NCBI GenBank assembly: GCA_964433645.1
Contig: CAYSSK010000004.1
Span: forward strand, 2,989-66,988
Direction of reading: 5' to 3'
Origin: an uncultured Desulfofustis sp.
GTDB lineage: Bacteria; Desulfobacterota; Desulfobulbia; Desulfobulbales; Desulfocapsaceae
Length of the DNA: 64,000 nt
The notes beneath the pieces were generated by a model, which searched no databases, was not told where the DNA came from, and was given only the letters and a program-made list of their open reading frames with translations. Positions 10,117-19,130 of the stretch are shown one piece after another. Each line of letters starts with the position of its first letter. Within the stretch, counting starts at the first letter, position 1. The position numbers and the translations under genes are program-made.

Positions 10117-11546
10117 TGTTCCGGGTGGACCAGGCTGACCAGCTCACCTTCCTGGAGCCCTTCAACAATTTCTATCAGGTCATTGTCATGGGCTCCGACG
10201 ACAACTTGCTGCCTGGTATACCCGCCCTCACTATTGACAACATAGCAATAGGAAATGTCATTTTGGGTGAAAACCGCTTGAACCGGGACGGTGATGGCAT
10301 TCAGCACCGTATTGGATCGAATAGAGATGCGGCAGCTCATTCCCGGGCGTAATCGCTTGTCTTCCCCTTCGAGAACAAACCCCACCTGAAAGTATTTCTC
10401 ATCTCCAGGCTGAGATGAATCCGAGGTGGCCAGTGCGCCTATGAAGTTCAGGTGTCCGGTAAAACTGGTCTTGGGATATGCATCAACCCGTACCCGGCCG
10501 GTCTGGCCAATGGCGATCTTGTAGAGGTCGATTTCACGGATCTTGGTTTTGACAATCATTTTTGCAATATCTGGAAGATAGAGGATCGGTTGATTCATGA
10601 AGACGGTATCTCCCACCCTGGGTTTACGCTTTTCCCGCTCTCGAAAAGTCTCGAAATGGATAACGATACCATCAAAGGGCGCCTCAATCTCTGTCTTTGC
10701 TAACTCAGTCTTTGCCCGTTGCAGGGCTTCTTTTTGGGCATTCAGCTTACTCTGGATCTGACTGAGCGTGGCTTCGGTCTTGGCAATGCGGTAACGTCCG
10801 CCTTGGCGTATTTGTTCTATGGCCAGTTGGGCATTGGATAACTTGGCCCGGCCACTTTCAATCAGCGCCGGAAGCACGTTCTCGGTGTAATTTTCATACC
10901 TGCCGGCGGCCGAACGGTACTGTTTGGCCAACATTTCAACCTTTTCCCGGGTTTTGGCAATTTCGGTGCTATTGTCGTACCCCTCTTCCTGCAACATTTC
11001 AAGATCTTTGGAATACTGCTGATAGCGCTGCATCTCCAGTTTTGCCTTCTGAACCTCTTCAAAAAATTGAGACTGTTGCAGCGGGCCTTCCCCTTCTTCG
11101 AGTTTTTTCAGCTCGAGTTTGGCGACATTGAATTGGTATTGGGCGTTGGCCACCTCCTGCTCTACCTGATTTTTTTCAAATTCAACGGTTTGTTGTGCCG
11201 CCTGGACGGCTGCTTCGAATCCGGACACCTCGGTCCGTAGTTGCTCCACCTGCTTTTGGAAAGGTGCCGGATCGAACCGGACCAGCAGATCTCCCTGACT
11301 CACCTTGGCGCCATCTTCTACCAGGTAGATGATCTTCCCTTCACTGCCTTGTAATTGCGAAGTGATAACATGGGACTGAGAGGCGTCCAAAACCCCAAGG
11401 ACATGCAGTTCCACTTTAAGGTCCTGTCGCTCTACTCTGGCCGTCAGCATCTCATCGCGGTAAGGTGGATGGTCCTGCAAGGAACCGATGAAAAAAGCGA
11501 TTCCGGTCGAGACGAGAATCACGAGGGTCACCCATAACAATTTCAA
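10113..11546 (-). CDS. Efflux periplasmic adaptor (HlyD/MacA-type membrane fusion protein)
   Basis: 477 aa. It has an N-terminal anchor, a lipoyl-like half (GDLLVRFDP), a long coiled coil, and beta-barrel/MP domains. Its ends overlap the flanking genes by 4 nt, consistent with one operon. Confidence 0.85.
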   Translation of the reverse strand: MKLLWVTLVILVSTGIAFFIGSLQDHPPYRDEMLTARVERQDLKVELHVLGVLDASQSHVITSQLQGSEGKIIYLVEDGAKVSQGDLLVRFDPAPFQKQVEQLRTEVSGFEAAVQAAQQTVEFEKNQVEQEVANAQYQFNVAKLELKKLEEGEGPLQQSQFFEEVQKAKLEMQRYQQYSKDLEMLQEEGYDNSTEIAKTREKVEMLAKQYRSAAGRYENYTENVLPALIESGRAKLSNAQLAIEQIRQGGRYRIAKTEATLSQIQSKLNAQKEALQRAKTELAKTEIEAPFDGIVIHFETFREREKRKPRVGDTVFMNQPILYLPDIAKMIVKTKIREIDLYKIAIGQTGRVRVDAYPKTSFTGHLNFIGALATSDSSQPGDEKYFQVGFVLEGEDKRLRPGMSCRISIRSNTVLNAITVPVQAVFTQNDISYCYVVNSEGGYTRQQVVVGAHDNDLIEIVEGLQEGELVSLVHPEQ

Positions 11547-13117
11547 GGCATCACCTCGCTGTCTGCTTCCTGATACTCCAGAAGGGTTCCCAGAGTCGAG
11601 CGGAGCTGGTAGGTTTCAAGCAGGTACTTGATCTGTTCGGTAAGCTTGGCATTTTCAGCATTCTGCATTTCTGTCTGGGCTTCGATGAGCTCGAAATTGT
11701 CCGCCAAACCGTTTCGGAATTTACTTTCAGCCAAGCGCAACTTTCCTTTGGTCTGGTGAAGTTCCTTATCTCGAAGGGCAATGCGCTGCAACTGTTGAGC
11801 CATCGTATTGAGTTGGGCGCGGACTTCTTGAATAATGCGTTCTTTTTGAGACATCCGGTCATTTAGGACCTGTCTGTAGGAAATTTTTTGTTGAGCGTAA
11901 GCTTTTTTCTTACCGCGACCAAACAGATCGGTGTCGCTTTTCAACCTCACCGTCCAGATATCTTCCTCGAAGCCAAAGTCAAGGTCATCGCCGGTCTTGT
12001 CGTAGCCGAGTTCAAGATTGAGTTGTGGCTGGAGGTTCTTTTCGGCCAGAAGTAGCTGGCGTTTTGTTTCTGCGACCAGTCTTTTGCTTTGCTCTATTTC
12101 AGGCCGATTGGCCAGGGCGATGTTCACCGCTTCCTCCTCTTCCAGCTCTACCGGTTGATAGCGTATAGGCGCGGTGATGGCAACATTGCTGTCCTGGGTC
12201 ATGCCCAGCAACCGCTTTAATTCATCCAGCGCCCGGTCCCGGGATTCCTGCCGTATGGAAAACTCTCTTTCAACATTTTTAATTCTTATTTCAGCACGGT
12301 ACAGATCAATAACGGATATGATCCCGGCCTTTTCTTTAATTTTGGCCAGAGCAAGGTGTCCTCTCAGGTTTCTCAGTTGTTTTTCCAGCAAATCAATTTG
12401 CTGTTCACTCAGCAGAATAGAGTACACCGTCTGGACCGTCTGGAGCACGGTATCTACCTGTTTGAGATGATATGAGATCCTGGCATCTTGGTAAGAATAG
12501 CGACTGCTATAGACATTATTGAGTGCGAATTCTTTGCCCAATCCCCGCAACAAAGGCAGTTCCAGTCTCGCCGCGATACCGGTCTGGAACTCATCGTCTT
12601 GACCGCCGACAAAAGGATTGACCGAGAGATTGATGCCGGAGGTGAAACGCCGGGAGAAACCGGCTCCGGCTCTCCACGCCTGTTCTGACGCCGAGCTGTA
12701 CCCGGTTTGGACATTTGGATGAATTTTAAATAGGAATTCTTCCTGCTGCCCCTGGTAGGAAATTCTACTCGACTCAATCCCCAATTTTGCCCTGCCCAGG
12801 GATCGATTGTTGACGAGAGCCATTTGTATTGCCTCGTCGAGAGTGAGCACCCTTTGAGGTAATCCAGCCGAATCTTCAGCGTAGCATCGAGAAAACTCAA
12901 ATCCAGAAAGAGAAAAAAAAATGAGCAGGTTAACAGTGAAAAAGATTAAAACTTGTGTCACGCTGTATCTTGAGCGCCGGACGCTATAATTTGGCAGAAT
13001 CAATTTAAATTGCAATTTAACTTTCTGAGATCGCAGATACCCTGGGACAAAGCAAAATATCTTTACTCTTTTATATGACACGGAACGTAAGTCAGACAGT
13101 GCCAAATTCTGCAACAT
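11543..13117 (-). CDS. TolC-family outer membrane efflux protein
   Basis: Duplicated OEP repeats are visible (LTLDEAIQMALVNNRSL...; second half IALANRPEIEQSKRLV...). The start is uncertain (ATG 13117, or GTG 12961 just before the signal-like VTQVLIFFTVNLLIFFSLSG). The ORF-track start at 13189 lies inside the IS terminal repeat and is rejected. Confidence 0.8.
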   Translation of the reverse strand: MLQNLALSDLRSVSYKRVKIFCFVPGYLRSQKVKLQFKLILPNYSVRRSRYSVTQVLIFFTVNLLIFFSLSGFEFSRCYAEDSAGLPQRVLTLDEAIQMALVNNRSLGRAKLGIESSRISYQGQQEEFLFKIHPNVQTGYSSASEQAWRAGAGFSRRFTSGINLSVNPFVGGQDDEFQTGIAARLELPLLRGLGKEFALNNVYSSRYSYQDARISYHLKQVDTVLQTVQTVYSILLSEQQIDLLEKQLRNLRGHLALAKIKEKAGIISVIDLYRAEIRIKNVEREFSIRQESRDRALDELKRLLGMTQDSNVAITAPIRYQPVELEEEEAVNIALANRPEIEQSKRLVAETKRQLLLAEKNLQPQLNLELGYDKTGDDLDFGFEEDIWTVRLKSDTDLFGRGKKKAYAQQKISYRQVLNDRMSQKERIIQEVRAQLNTMAQQLQRIALRDKELHQTKGKLRLAESKFRNGLADNFELIEAQTEMQNAENAKLTEQIKYLLETYQLRSTLGTLLEYQEADSEVMP

Positions 13118-13150
13118 GGTTTTCAAAAAACTGGAGTTTGGAATTTCAGG

Positions 13151-14450
13151 TCTATGATCTGACGAATGTTCCACGAACAGGGTAGCCACAGTTAGTGCCC
13201 GATATACCGAATTTATTCCGCTTTTATCCTGTCAGCCAGCTTCTTCCTGCTGCCTACACGGCCGCCATGGCGGGGCAGAGCGCTTGGCGGGGTAATCGCC
13301 AGCGCTGAGAATAACCGGGCCAGGCGCGGTCGTGGTTGCGGTATGCTGAGCATGCCGCCGGGCCGGCTGCCGTTGATTTCATGCTCCAACGCGCACAAGG
13401 TCGACAGCTTTTTCAGGCCTTCCTCGACCGTCATATCCAGATCCCGCCAGGCCTTGGCCAGTTTCCGTCGGACCAGATATGCCAGCATGACCACAAAGAC
13501 CTGACCTCTGGTGCGCGACTCCTTGCGCACATAGATTGGCCGAACCTCCAGGTGGCCGGTCTTGCAGGTCCTAAACGCCTGTTCAACCTGGATCAGATCT
13601 TTGTAACGATCATGGACAATTTCCATCGGGGCGTGTTTGGCAGGCAGGTCGGTTTTCAAGACATACCAACCATCCAGTTCCTGCACCTCCGTCAGATATG
13701 CCTCGTCGATCTGCACGGCGATCGAGCGATTCTTGCAGGTTGTTTTCAGGAAGTCGCCTACCTTCAGCTTGCCTTGCCGTTCCCACACCTTGCGGATGGC
13801 GGTGAACTCGTCAGCCCGGGGGTGCTCGGCCAGATAACGGTTCTGCTGCTCGCAGAGCCAGTCCAGGGCCTGGTACAGCTCATCTTCGGTAAACGGATCA
13901 ACGCCGAGCAGTTCGCATACCGCGTGTTCATCTGCCAAGCGCACGGCACTCAGGCGTGAGCCCTGTTCAATCAGCCGGGCCATGACCATCCACAGGCAGA
14001 GCAGGCCGTGTCGCGACGAGCCGATAATTTTATCAAGTCCGAGGTCCCGGCAAACGTGCAACAAGACCCACACGGCGCCGACCGAGCGGCCCTGTGTTTG
14101 CTTGGCACTGCCGCCCAGCAGGTGTTCAAGTTCGCCCGGGCTGTTTTTGTGTTTCAGGGCAAGCTCGATGGTCTTGATCACCGCTTCGGGATATTTGGTC
14201 AGGTTGAGCAGGGTTCGCTTCTTGACCTTGGAGCCATTTTCTCCGCGCTCGCGGTATGATTCGCGGAGCAGGATCTGGGTGTAGACTTTGTGCCACCTTG
14301 TCTGGATTTTTGTCGCTTGATGCACGAAATGGCCACTTAATACCATATAGGTATATCTATGACAATATAATAGATGCACTTTAATGGCTACGATGTTGTC
14401 CCGAAAAATATCGCTTTTTGAGCGATAATCAGGCACTTGCAATAATTCCA
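13151..14450 (-). mobile_element. Degenerate IS1634-family element
   Basis: It contains the transposase ORF below. One terminus (about 13151-13388) is repeated in inverted orientation at 18869-19105. The other terminus is not defined; the 14450 limit is a guess from the composition change. Confidence 0.55.
13213..14346 (-). CDS. IS1634-family transposase, internally deleted (no recognisable DDE core)
   Basis: The N-terminal YTQILLRESYRERGENGSKVKKRTLLNLTK and the C-terminal WYVLKTDL...IVHDRYKDLIQVEQAFRTCKTGHLEVRPIYV are IS1634 hallmarks. The ORF has about 377 aa, against the 500+ aa I recall for this family. The region that should carry the first two acidic catalytic residues is absent. Confidence 0.65.
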   Translation of the reverse strand: MVLSGHFVHQATKIQTRWHKVYTQILLRESYRERGENGSKVKKRTLLNLTKYPEAVIKTIELALKHKNSPGELEHLLGGSAKQTQGRSVGAVWVLLHVCRDLGLDKIIGSSRHGLLCLWMVMARLIEQGSRLSAVRLADEHAVCELLGVDPFTEDELYQALDWLCEQQNRYLAEHPRADEFTAIRKVWERQGKLKVGDFLKTTCKNRSIAVQIDEAYLTEVQELDGWYVLKTDLPAKHAPMEIVHDRYKDLIQVEQAFRTCKTGHLEVRPIYVRKESRTRGQVFVVMLAYLVRRKLAKAWRDLDMTVEEGLKKLSTLCALEHEINGSRPGGMLSIPQPRPRLARLFSALAITPPSALPRHGGRVGSRKKLADRIKAE

Positions 14451-14874
14451 GGCTGGAACATCCGCTGGAAGAGTGGCGAGAAGAGAGCTTCTACCGCCGA
14501 ATATGATGAGTAACACTATGGAAAACGCATATTTACTTGAAAGGACAATTGAAAAAGGGTAGGCTGCATTTGTCAGGAGCCCCTCTGTTTTTTTAAGGAG
14601 AAACCGAGCAAAACACCTGTTTTTGATCACTCGGTTACTTGAGTAACCCTCATGCCAACTTCCCTTCCCACCATGAAAGATTGAGGTGTCATAATGCTGG
14701 TATCCGCAACATTGAAATTTTCAGCTTTGCTCTTTCACCGCCTGCGGATAAATAAACAATAACGAGATCTGACCTATCTTGTTTCTATGTCTCTGAGAAA
14801 AGCTGTTTTAGAATAAACAGAAAAGCTGAAAGTTAGAATTTTAACTTTTTTACAAAAATAATGGTTGAAATATT

Positions 14875-16833
14875 ATGTGTGGCATATGTGGTGAGGTAGG
14901 TTTTAGGTATGGATACAACGTCGATCCTTGGTTAATCAAGCGAATGTGCGACTCGCTGGCTCATCGTGGCCCAGATGAAGAAGGGCAGTTTGTGCATGAA
15001 ATGGTTGGTCTTGGACAACGTCGCCTTTCTATTATTGATCTTAACACAGGTAAGCAACCTATCAGCAACGAAGATGGCTCAATCTGGGTTGTTTTAAATG
15101 GTGAAATCTATAATTTTGTAAGCTTGCGACAGGAACTTATCAGCAAAGGACATGCTTTTTCCACCAATACTGATACTGAGGTGATTGTCCATCTCTATGA
15201 AGAGTATGGCGTTAAATCCATAAAAAGATTGAGGGGCATGTTTGGATTTGCTTTATGGGATAACAAAGACCGGCTTTTGTTGTTAGGGCGCGATAGGCTT
15301 GGCAAAAAACCTCTATTTTATGCACAGCTTTCCGAATCTCTTTTGTTTGCTTCTGAAACGAAGGCACTTTTCCAGGATTCAAGACTGAAAAAAACACTCA
15401 ATCAGGAGGCTATCCATGATTTTCTATCATTTAAGTTTATCCCGCGCCAGGAAGACTTGTACAAGGGGGTTTTTAAATTGCCACCTGCTTCTTATATGAT
15501 ATTTCGCGAAGGACAGGCAACTATTCATAAGTACTGGGATCTTCACTATAAGACTGACTTCAATATGAGCGAGGAAGATGCTCTTGTTGAATGCGAAAGA
15601 GTGCTGACCGAGTCAGTCAGGCTCCGCATGATGAGCGATGTCCCGATTGGCGCTTTTTTGAGCTCTGGGATTGATTCTGGAATGATAGTTGCGTTAATGT
15701 CACAGCTGTCTCATGACTCAGTCAATTCTTTTTCAATTGGCGACGAAACCCAGGATTTTAATGAACTGCCTATGGCTGCGGTCATTGCAGAAAAATTTGA
15801 GACAAATCACCGAGAGTTCTTGGTGCGTCCGGATGCCATAAAAATTTTACCGGACTTAATATACCATCTTGACGGTCCTTTTGCCGATGTACCTGCTTTA
15901 CCGATGTATTATGTTGCGAAAATGGCAAGCGAGCATGTCAAGGTCGTATTGACGGGCGATGGTGGTGATGAATCATTTGGGGGGTATGATCGATACTTGG
16001 CAAATCAATTATTGGTGCATTATCGTAAAATACCTAGGAGCTTCCGCCAAAAGCTTATTCCCAATTTCCTCAACTTATTTAATGAAAAGACGGCTAGGAA
16101 GAGCTGGAGGCAATCCCTGCGCTGGTTTAACACTTTATCTATGTTGCCTGACGATGAGAGCTATGGTAGAGGGATCTCTTTTTTTTCATTCGAAGAAGAT
16201 CAGAAAAAAAAGCTATACACTTCTGATTTTCAATCTCAACTTGAGGGAGTAGACTCTCTTGAACAAATTATGTCAAGATTTCATAGCCGAAAGTCAGATG
16301 CACCTCTCAATAAGATGACATTTTGTGACCTTATGATTCGTGTCCCTGAGTACTCTTGTATTAAAATTGATCGTATTACAATGATGCATGGCCTTGAAGC
16401 AAGAAGCCCTTTTCTGGATCATAAACTTGTTGAGTTTGCAGCAACTATCCCGCCAAGTTTGAAGTTGAAGAAAGCGCGCTTAAAGTACTTGTTGAAAGAG
16501 GTAGGCAAAAAATATTTACCAAAGGAAATTATAGCGTTGCCTAAACAAGGATTTGGTTCTCCTATAAATACATGGTTACGGGGTGAGCTTAGAGGTTTTT
16601 CAAATCATCTTTTACGGGATGAATCCATGCTTGTTGAGCACAATATTTTCAGGCAGAATTATATCAATTCTCTCTTGGATGGACATACCTCTAAGAAAGT
16701 TAATGATGGCAATAGAATATGGAGTCTTGTTAATTTGGAGATATGGTATCGATTAAATTTTGGTGATAAGGATCCAGTTACTGAGCGCGATAATCTCAAG
16801 GATAGATTTATTTCTTTAAGTATTAACAGATAG
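14875..16833 (+). CDS. asnB: Asparagine synthase (glutamine-hydrolysing), EPS-associated amidotransferase
   Basis: The N-terminal MCGICG carries the Ntn nucleophile Cys2. A GATase-II domain is followed by the synthetase PP-loop SSGIDSG. 652 aa. Confidence 0.9.
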   Translation: MCGICGEVGFRYGYNVDPWLIKRMCDSLAHRGPDEEGQFVHEMVGLGQRRLSIIDLNTGKQPISNEDGSIWVVLNGEIYNFVSLRQELISKGHAFSTNTDTEVIVHLYEEYGVKSIKRLRGMFGFALWDNKDRLLLLGRDRLGKKPLFYAQLSESLLFASETKALFQDSRLKKTLNQEAIHDFLSFKFIPRQEDLYKGVFKLPPASYMIFREGQATIHKYWDLHYKTDFNMSEEDALVECERVLTESVRLRMMSDVPIGAFLSSGIDSGMIVALMSQLSHDSVNSFSIGDETQDFNELPMAAVIAEKFETNHREFLVRPDAIKILPDLIYHLDGPFADVPALPMYYVAKMASEHVKVVLTGDGGDESFGGYDRYLANQLLVHYRKIPRSFRQKLIPNFLNLFNEKTARKSWRQSLRWFNTLSMLPDDESYGRGISFFSFEEDQKKKLYTSDFQSQLEGVDSLEQIMSRFHSRKSDAPLNKMTFCDLMIRVPEYSCIKIDRITMMHGLEARSPFLDHKLVEFAATIPPSLKLKKARLKYLLKEVGKKYLPKEIIALPKQGFGSPINTWLRGELRGFSNHLLRDESMLVEHNIFRQNYINSLLDGHTSKKVNDGNRIWSLVNLEIWYRLNFGDKDPVTERDNLKDRFISLSINR

Positions 16834-17057
16834 GTAGAGATGAATTAATAAAGAAGGCCAATTTTAAACTAAGGCTGCCCTCCAAAGGAGTGATCAGTGT
16901 TGCTTTTTCCTGGATACGGTCTTCTAACCTGTCAGTGTTTAGTTTGGCTATAAAAAATAGCATACCGTTGCAAATATATCTATATTCGATTGGAAAAACT
17001 TCGTTACAAATTACGAATTGCGGTCAAAGTTATTCTAAAGGACAGGTCGTTATTTCG

Positions 17058-17065
17058 TGTATAAT
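17058..17065 (+). promoter_or_regulatory. Candidate extended -10 promoter element (TGTATAAT)
   Basis: TG-n-TATAAT lies about 90 nt upstream of the 17155 ATG in an A/T-rich intergenic region. No good -35 is present. Confidence 0.3.
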
Positions 17066-17154
17066 ATTTATAATAATTCTTTGTTGTTTTTAATGTGGCA
17101 GTGACAAAAAAAATGCTTCAAAAGTTCTAAGGTATATTTTTATTGGGGAAAACA

Positions 17155-18489
17155 ATGAAGGCTTCCCAGACAGAAAATGATTTTAGTGTTCTAGCAGATA
17201 CTGTGATTGATAATGGGCTTTGTACACGCTGTGGAATCTGCAGCGGAGCCTGCCCTGTCAATGTAATAAGTTTGGATGAGAATTATTTCCCAAAGTTGAC
17301 GGGTGAGTGCGTAAAATGTGGTTTGTGCGTTGAATGTTGCCCTGGAGGAGATGTTAATTTCCCGAAACTCTCAATGCGTATTTTTAAATCTGAATATAAT
17401 CATAATGATCTCCTTGGATTTATCGATAATATTTTCATAGGCCGCTCCGCCAGTAAAGAGATGAGAATGGCGGGTGCAAGTGGTGGTTTGGTGACAGGAC
17501 TACTTACATATCTTCTTGAAAAAAAAAGAATTGATGGCGCCGTTGTGGTGGCCATGGACCAGGAAAAGGGATATTTGACAAAAGGTATATTGGCAACCAC
17601 TGTGCAAAATGTAAAAGATGCTGCGCAGTCAAAATATTGCATTACACCTTCCATGGAAGTTCTCAAGGAAATTCGAAAAAGAAACGGTCGTTTTGCCGTT
17701 GTGGCTTTACCCTGTCAACTACACGGTCTTAGGAAACTAGAAGAGGCAGACCCTTCACTATCAAAAAAAATTTGTTATTATTTGGGACTATTTTGTAATT
17801 GTAATTTAAACCCCAATGGACACATAGAAGCAATTAGTGCGTGCAATATTGACCTTACGGATGTTGAAAAATTCAATTTCCGAGGTGCCGGGTGGCCTGG
17901 CGGGTTTTATGTTCAAAAAAAAGATGGCACTGAAGAGTCTTTACATAAAATCAATATTAAAAACGTAATGAATGTTATGTTCAGGATTTATAGTCCGGAA
18001 CGTTGTTCTCTTTGTTATGACGCAGTTGCTGAATATGCCGACTTAAGCTTTGGCGATTTCTGGGCATTTGATTATTTGAATGATTATTCCGGATATGAGC
18101 AACACACCCTTGTTTATCAAAGAACGGACCGAGGAAGAGCGCTTTTGGAACAGGCGATGGCAGATGGAGCGATATATATGCACCGAGTACCTTACGAGCG
18201 AAACTCAAAACGAATACTTAATATGGCTAAAGGGAAAAAAAGTAGAGCACTGGCTAGAATTTATCGACTGAAAATGAAAAAGCTGGCCATTCCTCAATAT
18301 CATTTTCCTGTTCAGAAACCTTCAAAAAAAGCCAGGCGTTCATTGCTGTTTTACAATATCTTCCTCATATTCCGTGGTCCATTGCGAAGAAAGCTTTTAC
18401 TGAAAGTTCTATTTTCTCCTGTTGGCGAAATATTGGACCGCTTAAATATTATGAGGAAAAATATGTTCTGCAACTATAATGATAATTAA
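17155..18489 (+). CDS. Coenzyme F420 hydrogenase/dehydrogenase beta-subunit (FrhB)-like Fe-S flavoprotein
   Basis: The N-terminus has two 4Fe-4S motifs (CTRCGICSGACP, CVKCGLCVECCP), followed by FrhB-like N and C domains (GASGGLVTGLL...). ATG 17155 is preferred over TTG 17143. Confidence 0.8.
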   Translation: MKASQTENDFSVLADTVIDNGLCTRCGICSGACPVNVISLDENYFPKLTGECVKCGLCVECCPGGDVNFPKLSMRIFKSEYNHNDLLGFIDNIFIGRSASKEMRMAGASGGLVTGLLTYLLEKKRIDGAVVVAMDQEKGYLTKGILATTVQNVKDAAQSKYCITPSMEVLKEIRKRNGRFAVVALPCQLHGLRKLEEADPSLSKKICYYLGLFCNCNLNPNGHIEAISACNIDLTDVEKFNFRGAGWPGGFYVQKKDGTEESLHKINIKNVMNVMFRIYSPERCSLCYDAVAEYADLSFGDFWAFDYLNDYSGYEQHTLVYQRTDRGRALLEQAMADGAIYMHRVPYERNSKRILNMAKGKKSRALARIYRLKMKKLAIPQYHFPVQKPSKKARRSLLFYNIFLIFRGPLRRKLLLKVLFSPVGEILDRLNIMRKNMFCNYNDN

Positions 18490-18543
18490 GTGGTTTGTTA
18501 CCTTTATAGAGATGAAAATTATCTGACATTTTGTGTTGTTTCA

Positions 18544-18868
18544 ATGAGTAAAGGAGGGAATAGAGAGACTGTTCAGGCACAGTTTGTGAGTACGTCTGAA
18601 AAATTGCAAACGTATCGCCCGAGCATGGTTGGTGATGGCGACAATGTTATGTTGCTACTCCATGAAGTGTTATGCTTTTTTGTCATGCCGGTGAACTTGG
18701 CTCCAGGTTTTTTAGGAAATTGATGCTGAAGATTCTCACTGGTAAAATGGGAAAATCAATTCGAATAGGAACCGGCTGTTGTATTCGTGACGATAAACGA
18801 ATGTTTATTAGTGATTTCGTCCAGATTGGCAACGAAGTAAGCCTTGATGTCAAGCCTGGAAAAAATAA
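18544..18868 (+). pseudogene. Truncated, frameshifted paralogue of the 897-1649 acetyltransferase
   Basis: Frame 1 reads MSKGGNRETVQAQFVSTSEKLQTYRPSMVGDGDNVMLLLHEVLCFFVMPVN. Frame 2 reads FFRKLMLKILTGKMGKSIRIGTGCCIRDDKRMFISDFVQIGNEVSLDVKPGKN. Together they align residue for residue with the first ~110 aa of the 897-1649 product. The match stops exactly where IS1634-end homology begins (18869). Confidence 0.75.
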
Positions 18869-19105
18869 TGGAGCATGAAATCAACGGCAGCCAAACCGGC
18901 GGCATGCTCAGCATACCGCGGCCACGGCCGGACCTGGTCCGTTTATTCTCAGCGCTGGCGATTACCCCGCCAAGCGCTCTGCCCCGCCATGAGCGGTCGT
19001 GTAGCCAGCAGGAAGAAGCTGACCGACAGAAGTAAAACAAAATAAATCCAAAATTTTGGGCGCCAACTATGGCTACCCAATACGCGGAACATCCGATCCA
19101 TGAGC
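18869..19105 (+). mobile_element. IS1634-family 3' end fragment (inverted copy of 13151-13388)
   Basis: It encodes EHEINGSQTGGMLSIPRPRPDLVRLFSALAITPPSALPRH, versus EHEINGSRPGGMLSIPQPRPRLARLFSALAITPPSALPRH in the 13213 ORF. Nucleotide similarity continues past the stop codon to about 19105. Confidence 0.7.
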
Positions 19106-19130
19106 TGTGATTGAATGAATCCTGCCAACT

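Noticed and set aside
13118-13189. N-terminal extension of the TolC-like ORF (MATLFVEHSSDHRPE...).
   Set aside because: This sequence is part of the IS1634 terminal repeat. A near-identical MATQYAEHPIHEL reading occurs at 19068-19110 next to the other IS end. It is therefore IS DNA, not the efflux gene's start.
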